Shown one piece after another: positions 20,517-30,218 of a stretch of 64,000 bases of DNA. Below the pieces are notes generated by a model, which was not told the DNA's origin, did not search any database, and was given only the letters and a program-made list of their open reading frames with translations. Source of the DNA: Chamaesiphon sp. GTDB lineage: Bacteria; Cyanobacteriota; Cyanobacteriia; Cyanobacteriales; Chamaesiphonaceae. Each line of letters opens with the position of its first letter. The first letter of the stretch is position 1. A program made the position numbers and the translations under genes. The DNA lies in the NCBI GenBank assembly GCA_965246715.1, contig CBDFFH010000038.1, positions 132,081-196,080 on the forward strand, in the 5' to 3' direction.

Positions 20517-20760
20517 TGATATTTATTGAGAGCAGCTAACTCACAGATTGCGATACACTTCATCATCATTGCGCTTATCGACCCGAAAGATTTGGACTTG
20601 TCCCATTTGTTCTTCAGTAGCTGCTTGAATTTTGATGGCTGCGGGGATCGGCTGTCAAGCGATCGGATTATCTGAAAATGTAAATTTCGATGTTTCAATC
20701 GATCGACAGTACAATCGTAGGTCAGATAATTAGAGCGTCGAGATCGATCGCTTAGATGCC

Positions 20761-21354
20761 ATGCAAGCTAGACCCTTAGATACATTCACCCGCACGACCG
20801 CATCACTGCTGATAAGTGGCTATCAAAAATATTTGTCTCCACTCAAAGGCTTTTCCTGCGCCCATCGCGTGTGGCATCGGGGCGAATCTTGCTCTCAATA
20901 TACCAAGCACACGATCGTCGATCGGGGTTTAGTCGCAGCGATACCCTTAGTTCGATCGCGGTTTGGGGAATGTAAAATTGCCAACGAACGGCTCAAACAG
21001 TGGCGGTTACAACAGCGCACGACTGGCGATCGCAAGCGGGCGATGTCACTATCTGATTCGTGGGCGAAGATCGATCGATTTGAAGAAGAACTGGAGTCAG
21101 CGGAAGATCGGGAAGAACAAGAACGAAGACTGCGAAATTCATCCAGTCATTCCTCATCGCCGAACAGTTGTAATGGTCATGAATTTGACTGTTGTGCGGA
21201 TTGTGCGAATCTAGCAAATTGTGATTGTCAGGCATTGCATTTACCCGCGATCGATTGTGCGGGATTGGATTGTGGTGCCCTCGATTGTGGTGGCTTAGAC
21301 TGTGGCGGTTGTGATGGTTGTTCTGGCTTGGATTGTTCTGGCTGTAGTTGGTAA
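20761..21354 (+). CDS. YidD/DUF37-like protein with a Cys-rich tail
   Basis: YQKYLSPLKGFSCAHR..GESCSQY; LDCG repeats at the C-terminus. Confidence 0.8.
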   Translation: MQARPLDTFTRTTASLLISGYQKYLSPLKGFSCAHRVWHRGESCSQYTKHTIVDRGLVAAIPLVRSRFGECKIANERLKQWRLQQRTTGDRKRAMSLSDSWAKIDRFEEELESAEDREEQERRLRNSSSHSSSPNSCNGHEFDCCADCANLANCDCQALHLPAIDCAGLDCGALDCGGLDCGGCDGCSGLDCSGCSW

Positions 21355-21367
21355 CAATTTAGTTTCA

Positions 21368-22540
21368 TTATTTACGAATTTCGCTCCACAGTCGATCGAA
21401 TTGGGTTCGACTCGTCGCAGACAAGGGATAGATAAAATCACATTTATCTAAAATAGTTTTAGCTGGTAAAACTAGTTGATTATTCCGCACGTCTGGGAGG
21501 ATTTCACTAGTATTAATACTAGTAAGTAATGGTGCAGTACCACTGGTAAGTAGCGAAATTTGATTGCTGGTTCGCAGTTGGAGACAATAATCGAGCCACT
21601 GCTGAGTTAACTTTGTCAGATCGCCGCGCGCAGCAGTAGTTTTTACCGTCGGTTGTACCCACAAATTTGCGGAAATCGCCGTACCCGATCGCGGGACGAT
21701 CGCGCCGATATTGGGATTTTTTTGAACTAAATCGATGACATCTGATGACCAGCCTACCGCCACCCAAGTATCGCCGAGAATCAGCGGTTGTAAATAATTA
21801 TCGGCACTATAGAACTTGACTTGGCGATCGAGTTTTTCGAGTTCGGATTTGAGCTTGTTAACCTGACTGAGATCGGCTTGATTGTAAGAATATCCTAATT
21901 TTTTCAAGGTCAAACCGATGACTTCGCGCGGTCGATCTAATAGCGAAATGCGTCGATTGAGTTGGGGATTCCATAAATCGGCCCAATCTTGAGGAATCGC
22001 AATATTTTCGGCGACTAACTTATCTTTACGATAGATAATTACTGTCGTGCCCCAACTATAGGGTACTCCCCAAACTTTGCCAGTAGCGCTATTATTACCG
22101 CGATCGTCCCGTTGCGCCAGTTCGCGCCAGCGAGGATCTAATTTACTCCAAGTTGGGATATTTTTAGTCTCGATCGGTTGGATTAATTTCTCGGTAATTG
22201 CTTTAGATAGCCAAGCATCGCTCATACTTACGAGATTGGGAATATACTCTGCACCTTTGGCTGGCGGTATCAGTGGCACCTTCAATCCCTTTGCTTCCGC
22301 TTCGCCAGTTTTGTACCATTGCTGAAGTTGGGTAAAAATATCCGCAAACTGTCCCTCTGGCACTAGCTCCACTTTCGGCGTTGGGACGATCGATTTGCTA
22401 AACTCCCCAATCGATTGCGAGGGTAGCGAGCTTTTGAGGGCGACTAGCCGCAAGATCGCGCGATCTCGACCTTGGCAACCACTCAATCCAGATCCGATCG
22501 CTAGACTACTGAGGGTAATTAAAAAGGAGCGGCGCTGCAT
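21368..22540 (-). CDS. ABC-type extracellular solute-binding lipoprotein (PotD/PotF-like)
   Basis: RR leader and lipobox LSGC; motifs VPYSWG, WADLW and VAVGWS. Confidence 0.85.
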   Translation of the reverse strand: MQRRSFLITLSSLAIGSGLSGCQGRDRAILRLVALKSSLPSQSIGEFSKSIVPTPKVELVPEGQFADIFTQLQQWYKTGEAEAKGLKVPLIPPAKGAEYIPNLVSMSDAWLSKAITEKLIQPIETKNIPTWSKLDPRWRELAQRDDRGNNSATGKVWGVPYSWGTTVIIYRKDKLVAENIAIPQDWADLWNPQLNRRISLLDRPREVIGLTLKKLGYSYNQADLSQVNKLKSELEKLDRQVKFYSADNYLQPLILGDTWVAVGWSSDVIDLVQKNPNIGAIVPRSGTAISANLWVQPTVKTTAARGDLTKLTQQWLDYCLQLRTSNQISLLTSGTAPLLTSINTSEILPDVRNNQLVLPAKTILDKCDFIYPLSATSRTQFDRLWSEIRK

Positions 22541-22576
22541 GGTAGGAGTGGGGGTTGAGCTGAATTGAGAAATATT

Positions 22577-22600
22577 TTAGGTAGGGGCACCCCTACCTAA
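22577..22600. repeat. GTAG-REP-derived perfect hairpin (possible terminator or stabiliser after purD)
   Basis: TTAGGTAGGGG-CA-CCCCTACCTAA. Confidence 0.55.
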
Positions 22601-22609
22601 CGCAAAAAT

Positions 22610-23869
22610 TTATAACGCCCGTTGCGCGATATCTTGACGATAGTACATTCCATCAAAATTAATCAGACGTACTGATTGATAGGCGCGATCGATTGCGGTG
22701 GTAAAATCTGGGGCGATACTAGTTACACCCAGCACCCGTCCGCCATCGGTAACGACGCGGTTTTGCTTGTATTGAGTTCCAGCATGAAAGACGATCGTCC
22801 CATCGGTGTTTGCCAAATCTAGACCAGAAATAGCTTTATGGCGATCGTAATTGCCGGGATAACCTTGGGCCGCGATCGCCACACAAACCGATACTGCCGA
22901 CTTCCACTCGATCGGGGGTAGCGCAGCAAGTCGTTGTTCGGTGCAGGCTAATAGTAAGTCTACTAGCGGCGTGTCGAGTAAGGGCAGGATCGCTTGAGTC
23001 TCAGGATCGCCGAATCGACAGTTAAATTCTAATACTTTGATCTCTCCATTGGGAGCAATCATCAGACCAGCATATAACACGCCGCGATAATCGATCCCTC
23101 TGCGCGCGAGGGTATTCAGCGTTGGTTTCAAGACCTCATTTTGAATTCTCGCCATCAGTGCCGGAGTTACTAGCGGCGCAGGAGCATAAGCACCCATCCC
23201 ACCGGTATTGGCTCCGGTATCGCCATCGCCGATGCGTTTGTGATCTTGAGCGGGGAGGAGCGGACGAATAGTTTTGCCATCTGTCAGCGCCAGCACCGAG
23301 ACTTCTTGCCCAGTCAAGTACTCTTCGATGATTAATGTGTCGTAATCTTGCGCGAATAATAATTCGACCGCAGTGAGCGCTTCTGTTAATGTTTGAGCGA
23401 CTACGACACCTTTTCCCGATGCCAATCCATCGGCTTTGACAACAATCGGCGCGCCTTGTTGCTCGATATACGCTCTTGCCGCCTTCAGCTCGGTAAAGGT
23501 TGCCGATTTTGCAGTGGGGATGCCAGCATCTAGCATGATCGCTTTGGCCCAGGTTTTGCTAGACTCGATTTGGGCACCCGATCGAGTGGGGCCAAAGACG
23601 GGAATCCCGCGATTTTGGAGATAGTCAACGATGCCTAAAGATAGTGGCAATTCAGGGCCGACGACCACTAGCGATACACCATTTACTTCCGCAAATCTGG
23701 CAATTCCACCAAAGTCATCTACTCTAAAAGAGAGATTTTGACAGCGTTCCATCGTCGCTGTGCCACCATTGCCAGGTACGCACAGAACTTGGGTAACTTG
23801 AGGAGATTGCAATAATGACCAAGCGATCGCATGTTCTCGACCACCGTTCCCAACCACTAAAATTTTCAC
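22610..23869 (-). CDS. purD: Phosphoribosylamine--glycine ligase
   Basis: Motifs GNGGREHA, KADGLASGKGV, QDHKR, NTGGMGAY and EFNCRFGDPETQ. Confidence 0.97.
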   Translation of the reverse strand: MKILVVGNGGREHAIAWSLLQSPQVTQVLCVPGNGGTATMERCQNLSFRVDDFGGIARFAEVNGVSLVVVGPELPLSLGIVDYLQNRGIPVFGPTRSGAQIESSKTWAKAIMLDAGIPTAKSATFTELKAARAYIEQQGAPIVVKADGLASGKGVVVAQTLTEALTAVELLFAQDYDTLIIEEYLTGQEVSVLALTDGKTIRPLLPAQDHKRIGDGDTGANTGGMGAYAPAPLVTPALMARIQNEVLKPTLNTLARRGIDYRGVLYAGLMIAPNGEIKVLEFNCRFGDPETQAILPLLDTPLVDLLLACTEQRLAALPPIEWKSAVSVCVAIAAQGYPGNYDRHKAISGLDLANTDGTIVFHAGTQYKQNRVVTDGGRVLGVTSIAPDFTTAIDRAYQSVRLINFDGMYYRQDIAQRAL

Positions 23870-23956
23870 CGAATCTAAATCTCCCGCTCGACTTTATTGC
23901 GAATCCTCTGTACACTTTATCATTCAGTGGATAGAGATTTGGGGATAGTCAGATCT

Positions 23957-24026
23957 GTAGGGGCAGGTTTATGGTATTAGCCTTCGACAGCAACGATCTC
24001 CTCGACCAAAACCCGCCCACCCCTAC
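23957..24026. repeat. REPIN-like element (GTAGGGGCAGGTTT...AAACCCGCCCACCCCTAC)
   Basis: Inverted GTAG-REP ends in the purD/hisS divergent region. Confidence 0.6.
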
Positions 24027-24057
24027 CAATAACTTCCACACAACCCATCATCTTTTC

Positions 24058-25464
24058 ATGGCGATCGAAAAAATCAACTTTACCAACCCGAGCGGTTTTC
24101 CCGAATTTTTACCTGGGGAAAAACGGCTGGAACAGCACCTCATGGATACGATTCGACGGGTGTATGAAAGTTATGGATTCACCCCAATCGAAACTCCAGC
24201 AGTAGAGCGGCTAGAAGTCCTTCAGGCGAAGGGAAATCAGGGCGATAATATAGTATATGGTTTGCAACCGATTTTGCCCCCCAATCGCCAAGCAGAGCGA
24301 GATCGATCGGGTGCGGGCGATACGGGTGCGGAAGCACGAGCGCTCAAATTCGATCAAACCGTTCCATTGGCTGCATATATTGCCCGTCACCTCAACGATC
24401 TCCAGTTTCCATTTGCCAGGTATCAGATGGATCTAGTATTTCGCGGCGAACGCGCAAAGGATGGACGCTATCGTCAGTTTCGCCAGTGTGACATCGACGT
24501 GGTGGGGCGCAAGGAATTAAGCTTGCTTTATGATGCGCAGATGCCAGCGATTATCGCGGAGATTTTCAGCCAAATTCAGATTGGTGAATTCCTGATTCGG
24601 ATCAACAATCGCAAAGTCTTAACTGGATTCTTTAGTTCTTTGGGAGTATCACCCGATCGCATTAAAGTTTGCATTAATATCATCGATACACTCGAGAAAG
24701 TTGGTGTCGAGAAAGTATTGGCAGGTTTAGCGACCCAAGGTTTATCCTCCGCGCAAGCCCAGCAAGTTATCGATTTTATCGATATTAAAGGTGATGTCGA
24801 TCGCGTCCTCAATTCACTCCAAGAATTTGCGACCAAATTACCCAATGCCGAGCAATTTCAGCTAGGTATTCAAGAATTAACTACCGTAATTAATGGAGTC
24901 AGAAATCTCGGCGTACCAGCCAGCCAGTATTGTATCGACCTCTCGATCGCGCGGGGCTTGGACTACTATACAGGTACGGTTTATGAAACTACTCTGATCG
25001 GCCATGAGGCTTTAGGTAGTATCTGTTCTGGCGGTAGATATGAAGAATTAGTCGGTACATTTTTAGGTGAAAGTATGCCAGGAGTGGGAATCTCGATCGG
25101 TTTGACCCGCCTGATCTATCGCTTGCTCAAAGCAAATGTTTTACAACCTTTAGCAGCAACTCCAGCGCAAGTAATGGTCTTAAATCTCCAAGAAGATCTG
25201 ATGTCTATCTATCTCCAAGTTTCCCAACAACTCCGTCAAGCTGGTATCAAAGTCGTTACGGCGTTCGATAAACGTCCGCTCAAAAAACAGTTTGCACTAG
25301 CCGATAAACAGGGTATTACTTTCTGCATTATTATCGGTGAGGAAGAAGCTAACCAACAAATGTGTCAATTGAAGAACATGAAAACTGGAGCACAAATCCA
25401 ACTTGCGATCGCCGATCTAGCTGCTGATGTTCGACAGAAGTTGGCAATGGATATCTTGAATTAA
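24058..25464 (+). CDS. hisS: Histidine--tRNA ligase
   Basis: Motifs GFPEFLP, GRYRQFRQCDID, ARGLDYYTG and GGRY. Start moved to MAIEK because the longer ORF reads through a repeat. Confidence 0.95.
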   Translation: MAIEKINFTNPSGFPEFLPGEKRLEQHLMDTIRRVYESYGFTPIETPAVERLEVLQAKGNQGDNIVYGLQPILPPNRQAERDRSGAGDTGAEARALKFDQTVPLAAYIARHLNDLQFPFARYQMDLVFRGERAKDGRYRQFRQCDIDVVGRKELSLLYDAQMPAIIAEIFSQIQIGEFLIRINNRKVLTGFFSSLGVSPDRIKVCINIIDTLEKVGVEKVLAGLATQGLSSAQAQQVIDFIDIKGDVDRVLNSLQEFATKLPNAEQFQLGIQELTTVINGVRNLGVPASQYCIDLSIARGLDYYTGTVYETTLIGHEALGSICSGGRYEELVGTFLGESMPGVGISIGLTRLIYRLLKANVLQPLAATPAQVMVLNLQEDLMSIYLQVSQQLRQAGIKVVTAFDKRPLKKQFALADKQGITFCIIIGEEEANQQMCQLKNMKTGAQIQLAIADLAADVRQKLAMDILN

Positions 25465-25606
25465 GATGTTTCATTATCACGTTATTATCGGGAGAGCCGA
25501 CAGCGCAGATACTTCAGCCAATATCGACTCATTGAAAACTGGCTCGGATTGAAATTGCGATCGATTCTTTCCCCTCTACTATGCCAACTGTAACAGAATT
25601 TTACTG

Positions 25607-25693
25607 TTAACTCTCATAATGGTAGCGAGCTTGTAGAAACTGAATCGATTCATTTTGAACCCGATAAATTAGTCGATGCTCTAAATCTATCCT
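25607..25693 (-). pseudogene. Txe/YoeB toxin C-terminal fragment
   Basis: Minus strand reads RIDLEHRLIYRVQNESIQFLQARYHYES*; an in-frame stop lies just upstream. Confidence 0.75.
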
Positions 25694-25887
25694 CTTTTTT
25701 TAGCGCGATATCGCCCCCTGCAATCTTGCTGCATTTCTTACTCGACTTTGGCCATTCAAGGGGAAAGTCAGCTCGCCCAGACAAACTTGTGATGTTAATT
25801 TAAACTCATTTGCCACTCGCTCGATGGATTTACCCGAGCGTAACAGTGACTTAATCTAAATTTGGAATTGCCGATCCATCGGTCTCC

Positions 25888-26658
25888 CTACTTGGCAACT
25901 CGTGCGACTGCACTTGCAAAACTTTCTGGGTCGGTGAGGTGCGGAAACCGCTCGCCTTCGGGAATTACCAAGATTTCGAGATGTTCTAGGTGCTCAGAGA
26001 GCCAGCCCCTGTAAAAATCGGCGACTGGAGCACTGTGAATGGCCAGGTATGGCACCGCGATCGCATGTAGCTTTGCGGAGATGAGTGCTTCGATTTCGGC
26101 TGGCGTTGAATCGAGTAGTAGCGCCCAATAGCCCAACATCACTGCCTGTCTGGGTCGCGACACTACTAGCTGTAGGTAGCGCTCGGGCACGGCATCGATC
26201 CCGGGACTGGGGACGAGCCGACTGACTGTTTCTAAAAATTTATCGCTGGCGAGATCGGATTTCAGCCCCTGGAGTAAGTCAATAAACGGGCTGACATATA
26301 ACGGCTGCTCGATATTTACCACCAGATCGACTGGATAGCGGGAGGCGTAAACTGTGGCTAAGACTGCACCGATAGCATGACCGATGATAACCAGATGCTG
26401 GAGGACTAAACGATCGACTAACTCGTGCAGTTCGGTGGCGATCTCCTCCAGATCGTAGTTCGATCGATCGCCAGAATTACCATGACCGGGTAAATCCACT
26501 GAAATACATCGATAATGTCGCACGAGATATTCGATCGCTGGCAGCCACATTTGGCGATCGAACGACAAGCCATGTAAAAATAGAATCGGCTTGCCCGCTC
26601 CGGTATCTGTATATGCCAGTTCGGTTCCCTGGAGAGTGGTAAATGAGTTGGCGTTCAT
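25888..26658 (-). CDS. Alpha/beta-hydrolase-fold protein lacking the catalytic Ser and His
   Basis: FLHG and DLPGHG are present, but it has GHAIG for GHSxG and ERFPHL for GHFPHL. RBS-like GAGGAAGG precedes MNANS. Confidence 0.8.
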   Translation of the reverse strand: MNANSFTTLQGTELAYTDTGAGKPILFLHGLSFDRQMWLPAIEYLVRHYRCISVDLPGHGNSGDRSNYDLEEIATELHELVDRLVLQHLVIIGHAIGAVLATVYASRYPVDLVVNIEQPLYVSPFIDLLQGLKSDLASDKFLETVSRLVPSPGIDAVPERYLQLVVSRPRQAVMLGYWALLLDSTPAEIEALISAKLHAIAVPYLAIHSAPVADFYRGWLSEHLEHLEILVIPEGERFPHLTDPESFASAVARVAK

Positions 26659-26757
26659 ACCTTCCTCGCTGGATCGGAATCTCATCATGCTGTGGCTAAA
26701 CCGATTGCCGTAGTTATCTTCGAGCGGTTTGACCAGGAAGAGGATGTCTGAAAAGTT

Positions 26758-28515
26758 TTATTTTTGCAATGTTTGCGGCGGTTTAGTGCAATAGAAGTCA
26801 ACCGGATTACGAGTAAAATCGACGCATTCTAATAATTGATTGGTACGATCGTTAATCCGCCGAAATTGGGAATAATTTATCCCCGAACTGCCAGTGTAAT
26901 TAGCCTTGATTTGAATATCATCTGGTGCTCTGGCAATCGCTTCTTTGATATAGTCCCGATCTGCCGCACTGGCGATCGTCGGCGATAAGAAAACTCCACC
27001 CACAGGAATGACCCGATTGGGTGAAAGCGCTCGGATTCCTCGAGTTCGAGCGACGATTTTACAAAAATCCACGCCAATATTTGCTTCGCCAGATCTTACT
27101 TTTTCTTGAATTTTTGACAAGGTATTACCAATACTGACTCGAATTCTTTTGCCGTAAAGATCGTAGAGTGGCATCGTAAATATCGGTGAATCATCACTAG
27201 GTAGCGCGATCGTTTGCTCCGGAGTAAAATCTTTACTACTTCTAATTTCGCTATTGTTTCTGACAAAGAAGCAGACATCTCGATAGGGGTCTTCTCCAGC
27301 AGCCATCCGCGCGATAAACTCGTATTTATTATCCTCGGCAATTATTGAATTATTAGCTAAAAACGTAAATGCTAGATCCCATTTCTTCTGCGCGATCTTA
27401 TCTTGAGCTTCACGGGTTGTTATCGCTGAGTCGAGTTCGACTTTAATATTATCTCCATATTTCTTACGTAACTCTTTTTCTAGATATTCTTTAAACTTGG
27501 GATAATCTCGCTTTTGAGCGCGATTGCGCGATGACGCACGATTGATATATCCGACAGTTAAGGAGCCATTCTGGGGAAACGATCTCAGTTGCGAAGTGAT
27601 GAGAGTGGGAGCGCTCGATTTATTCTGCAATTTATCCCAGCTTACATAGCTCAACAGTCCGACAATTCCAAATAGTAACAAGCCAATAATTATCCGATAA
27701 GGATCGGGATTTATTTTGTCAATTTTAATGACACTTAGCGCAGAGTTTGATTTTTTTTTCTGTCTTATATAGCTAGCATCTGTGAGGGGATCGAAAGTAA
27801 AATCTAGAGGTTGTTTTTCTTGGCCTAATAGCCGATCGATCGCGCTAGTCAATTCTTCACTACAATCTGCATAACTTTCCCACTTCCATTTTTTGGTACT
27901 CGGATCGTAGAGATGCTCATAATTGCGATCGGTTAGTAAGGCGATCGTCGTAACGCCTAAACTGTAAAGATCCCACTCTCGCCCGGTAGGTAGATTGGGG
28001 ACAGGAATTAGCTCGAGTTGCGAGCGGAGGGTAGAGTTAGTCTCGCCACCAACTTCAGTAATTAAGTCGGCAATTACTAGAAAGTCAGTCAGGATATTTC
28101 GCTCGTGCTCGTCGATGACGAGCGTTTCATGAGAAATATTGCCATGAATGATATCGCGATCGTGGAGATAATTGAGAACGGGAAGAATTTCTTGTAATAA
28201 ACTTTTAGCCCGCACGGGACTATAAGGCACCCGATCGGCAACACATTGCCATTCACCCATTTCTCGAACGATATGAATGCTATCTTCGGTCGCGAAAATA
28301 TCAATTACTGATTGGAGATTGGGATGACTTAATTGCAATAATCTGTCGATCTTTGGTTGTGCCGCTTCGAGAATTTTTGGCGCTCGATCGGTTAAATAAG
28401 ATTGTAAAATACCCGTGCGATTTGGATCGGTCGCATTCGGACATTTTACCCAGTAAAATTGCTCTTTTAATGATACTTTGATGCTATTAATAATTTGATA
28501 TTTGTGCTGTTTCAT
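26758..28515 (-). CDS. Pseudokinase + transmembrane helix + PhnD/SsuA-type substrate-binding domain
   Basis: LSHPNL, LNYLHDRDIIHGNIS and DLYSLGVT; TM IIIGLLLFGIVGLLSYV; C-terminal periplasmic-binding-like domain. Confidence 0.75.
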   Translation of the reverse strand: MKQHKYQIINSIKVSLKEQFYWVKCPNATDPNRTGILQSYLTDRAPKILEAAQPKIDRLLQLSHPNLQSVIDIFATEDSIHIVREMGEWQCVADRVPYSPVRAKSLLQEILPVLNYLHDRDIIHGNISHETLVIDEHERNILTDFLVIADLITEVGGETNSTLRSQLELIPVPNLPTGREWDLYSLGVTTIALLTDRNYEHLYDPSTKKWKWESYADCSEELTSAIDRLLGQEKQPLDFTFDPLTDASYIRQKKKSNSALSVIKIDKINPDPYRIIIGLLLFGIVGLLSYVSWDKLQNKSSAPTLITSQLRSFPQNGSLTVGYINRASSRNRAQKRDYPKFKEYLEKELRKKYGDNIKVELDSAITTREAQDKIAQKKWDLAFTFLANNSIIAEDNKYEFIARMAAGEDPYRDVCFFVRNNSEIRSSKDFTPEQTIALPSDDSPIFTMPLYDLYGKRIRVSIGNTLSKIQEKVRSGEANIGVDFCKIVARTRGIRALSPNRVIPVGGVFLSPTIASAADRDYIKEAIARAPDDIQIKANYTGSSGINYSQFRRINDRTNQLLECVDFTRNPVDFYCTKPPQTLQK

Positions 28516-28825
28516 TGGTTAGCTTTACCCACAATAAATACTTGATTTTAAATAAGTTTCATTCAAGCTCAGCGAGCATCCATTTTCAAATTAGTGACCG
28601 ATCGAACTAGTTAAGAGTGAGAGCTATTTGGGAGTATGGCTGTAAAAAATGTCCGCTCGAAGATCCGTCCCGTATAGACGTGTTCAGGGTTGACAACCGA
28701 TCTCAACAATCATCGATCGAGATTTATCGTTCGACGGAGAAAGTTTGGCTACTCGATTTCACCTAATTCTTTCTTAATTATAGTTGTAGTTAATATCGTT
28801 AGAAGATTGCGATCGATTCCTTAAA

Positions 28826-29027
28826 CTTACTTACAACTACCAAAACTAACCACTGTCTCGAAGCTTGCTCGCCGCTTAGGCGGCGAGCGCTTGTAAACCC
28901 TCGGGGAACCCGTAGACGAGCGAAGCGAGGCATGTCGTTGGTGTAAGCCTGCCGTAGGCACAGACGGAGCGCGCACCGCTAGTCACTAGCCACTAAAACA
29001 GTAACTTTGATTTGATGCAAGATGTGA
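28826..29027. repeat. Second copy of the 9111-9180 repeat, expanded by ~130 bp of nested short palindromic repeats
   Basis: Same flanks. The insert contains GCTCGCCGC-TTAG-GCGGCGAGC, a degenerate HIP1 mini-element (28938-28960) and GCGCGCACCGCT (inverse of 36255). Confidence 0.65.
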
Positions 29028-29036
29028 GCTGACTTC

Positions 29037-29411
29037 CTAACGCATACTCACCGGAATTGTCTGCTCGATGCGTTTTTGTAATTGCTGCATCAAGTCATCC
29101 CCACTACGTCTGGCTTCCCAGTTTCCAGATTGGCTTGTACCCGCGATCTGCCACATTCCGTGGAGCGAATTTTCCTCATCATCGATCGTGCCTGTGTAGT
29201 AGATGGTGTCCTGTGGCGAGCAAACATACTGCTTGGAAAATTTCACCTGTTTGCCAACGCTTTCCCCTGCCAGTTGCGCCTCACCTAGCACGCCCTCATC
29301 TAAAATACTGCCGCTCAAACTACTGCCACTTTGAACCAACGATGCTTCAAAGCGCGTCGGTTGGCTATTTTGCCAATAGGTGCCCAACCAAGTACCACTA
29401 AGATCTGCCAT
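29037..29411 (-). CDS. Conserved hypothetical beta-rich protein
   Basis: MADLSGTWLGTYWQ...SGNWEARRSGDDLM, a pattern typical of a cyanobacterial family. Confidence 0.7.
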   Translation of the reverse strand: MADLSGTWLGTYWQNSQPTRFEASLVQSGSSLSGSILDEGVLGEAQLAGESVGKQVKFSKQYVCSPQDTIYYTGTIDDEENSLHGMWQIAGTSQSGNWEARRSGDDLMQQLQKRIEQTIPVSMR

Positions 29412-29520
29412 AAGCGCACTAAAGTTAAGTTTTAATGTTTGCAGTCCCTATTTTAATCGACTGAGCGGGGTAGGAATTAATCTACCAGGAGATGTTGGTG
29501 CGACTGCCTTTGAGCGTTAA

Positions 29521-29539
29521 ATATCTATCAGAAGGTAGA
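29521..29539. promoter_or_regulatory. Imperfect palindrome ATATCTATC-N4-GGTAGA (copy 1)
   Basis: Identical arms at 30732-30750. Confidence 0.45.
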
Positions 29540-29910
29540 TTTTATCGAGAATTAGGTTTAAAAAATCGCTCTGCAGCTAAATTCGCTCCTTCAACTCTTG
29601 AAGTTAAATGTTGCGATCGGCAGAATCTAAGCAAAGTTCGGGGTTAAATTGCCATCGCAACTAGCTCACGATTAACATACCTCGATCTAGTTTTCCAAGC
29701 AAGCGATCGCGCCATCGCTCCAACCTAGAATCAGCTCTTACCAAGGCTCGAGAGCTGATTGGTCGTGCATGAACAGTGAGTAATTTGGAAGATCGCTCGA
29801 TCGACAGAGGGAAGAGTGCTTGCCAATATCTATCGTGTTTATGTAAGTAGCTAACTGAAAATTTACCAGTTTTTTCACGCTGCGATCTAATCGAACCTGA
29901 GGGAGCATTT

Positions 29911-30117
29911 ATGAAAAAGATAAGTTTGTTGTTAGTTTCACTGTTTGGCTTGTCATTGGCACTTGGAGCTTGTTCGCCAAGTGGCAGCGGAACTGGCGGA
30001 ACAGGGACAGGCACAGGCACAGGAACTAGTGGCGGTACCGCTAGCCCCAGTCCAAAAATGAGTCCGAGCACCAGCCCAACTACGAGTCCAAAAGTGAGTC
30101 CAAGCACTAGTCCATAA
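29911..30117 (+). CDS. Small Gly/Thr/Ser/Pro-rich lipoprotein
   Basis: Signal peptide with lipobox LGAC, GT repeats and SPxxSP repeats; GGAG RBS. Confidence 0.8.
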   Translation: MKKISLLLVSLFGLSLALGACSPSGSGTGGTGTGTGTGTSGGTASPSPKMSPSTSPTTSPKVSPSTSP

Positions 30118-30218
30118 GCGCGAACGCTCGATCGATAAACTTCGCACCACTTTTTGTTGGCTAAGAGTTACTACCAATCATCAATCTCATTTAATCAAAC
30201 TCAAGTAAGTATTTATTT

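Noticed and set aside
23971..24057. N-terminal extension of hisS
   Set aside because: It reads through a REPIN-like repeat.
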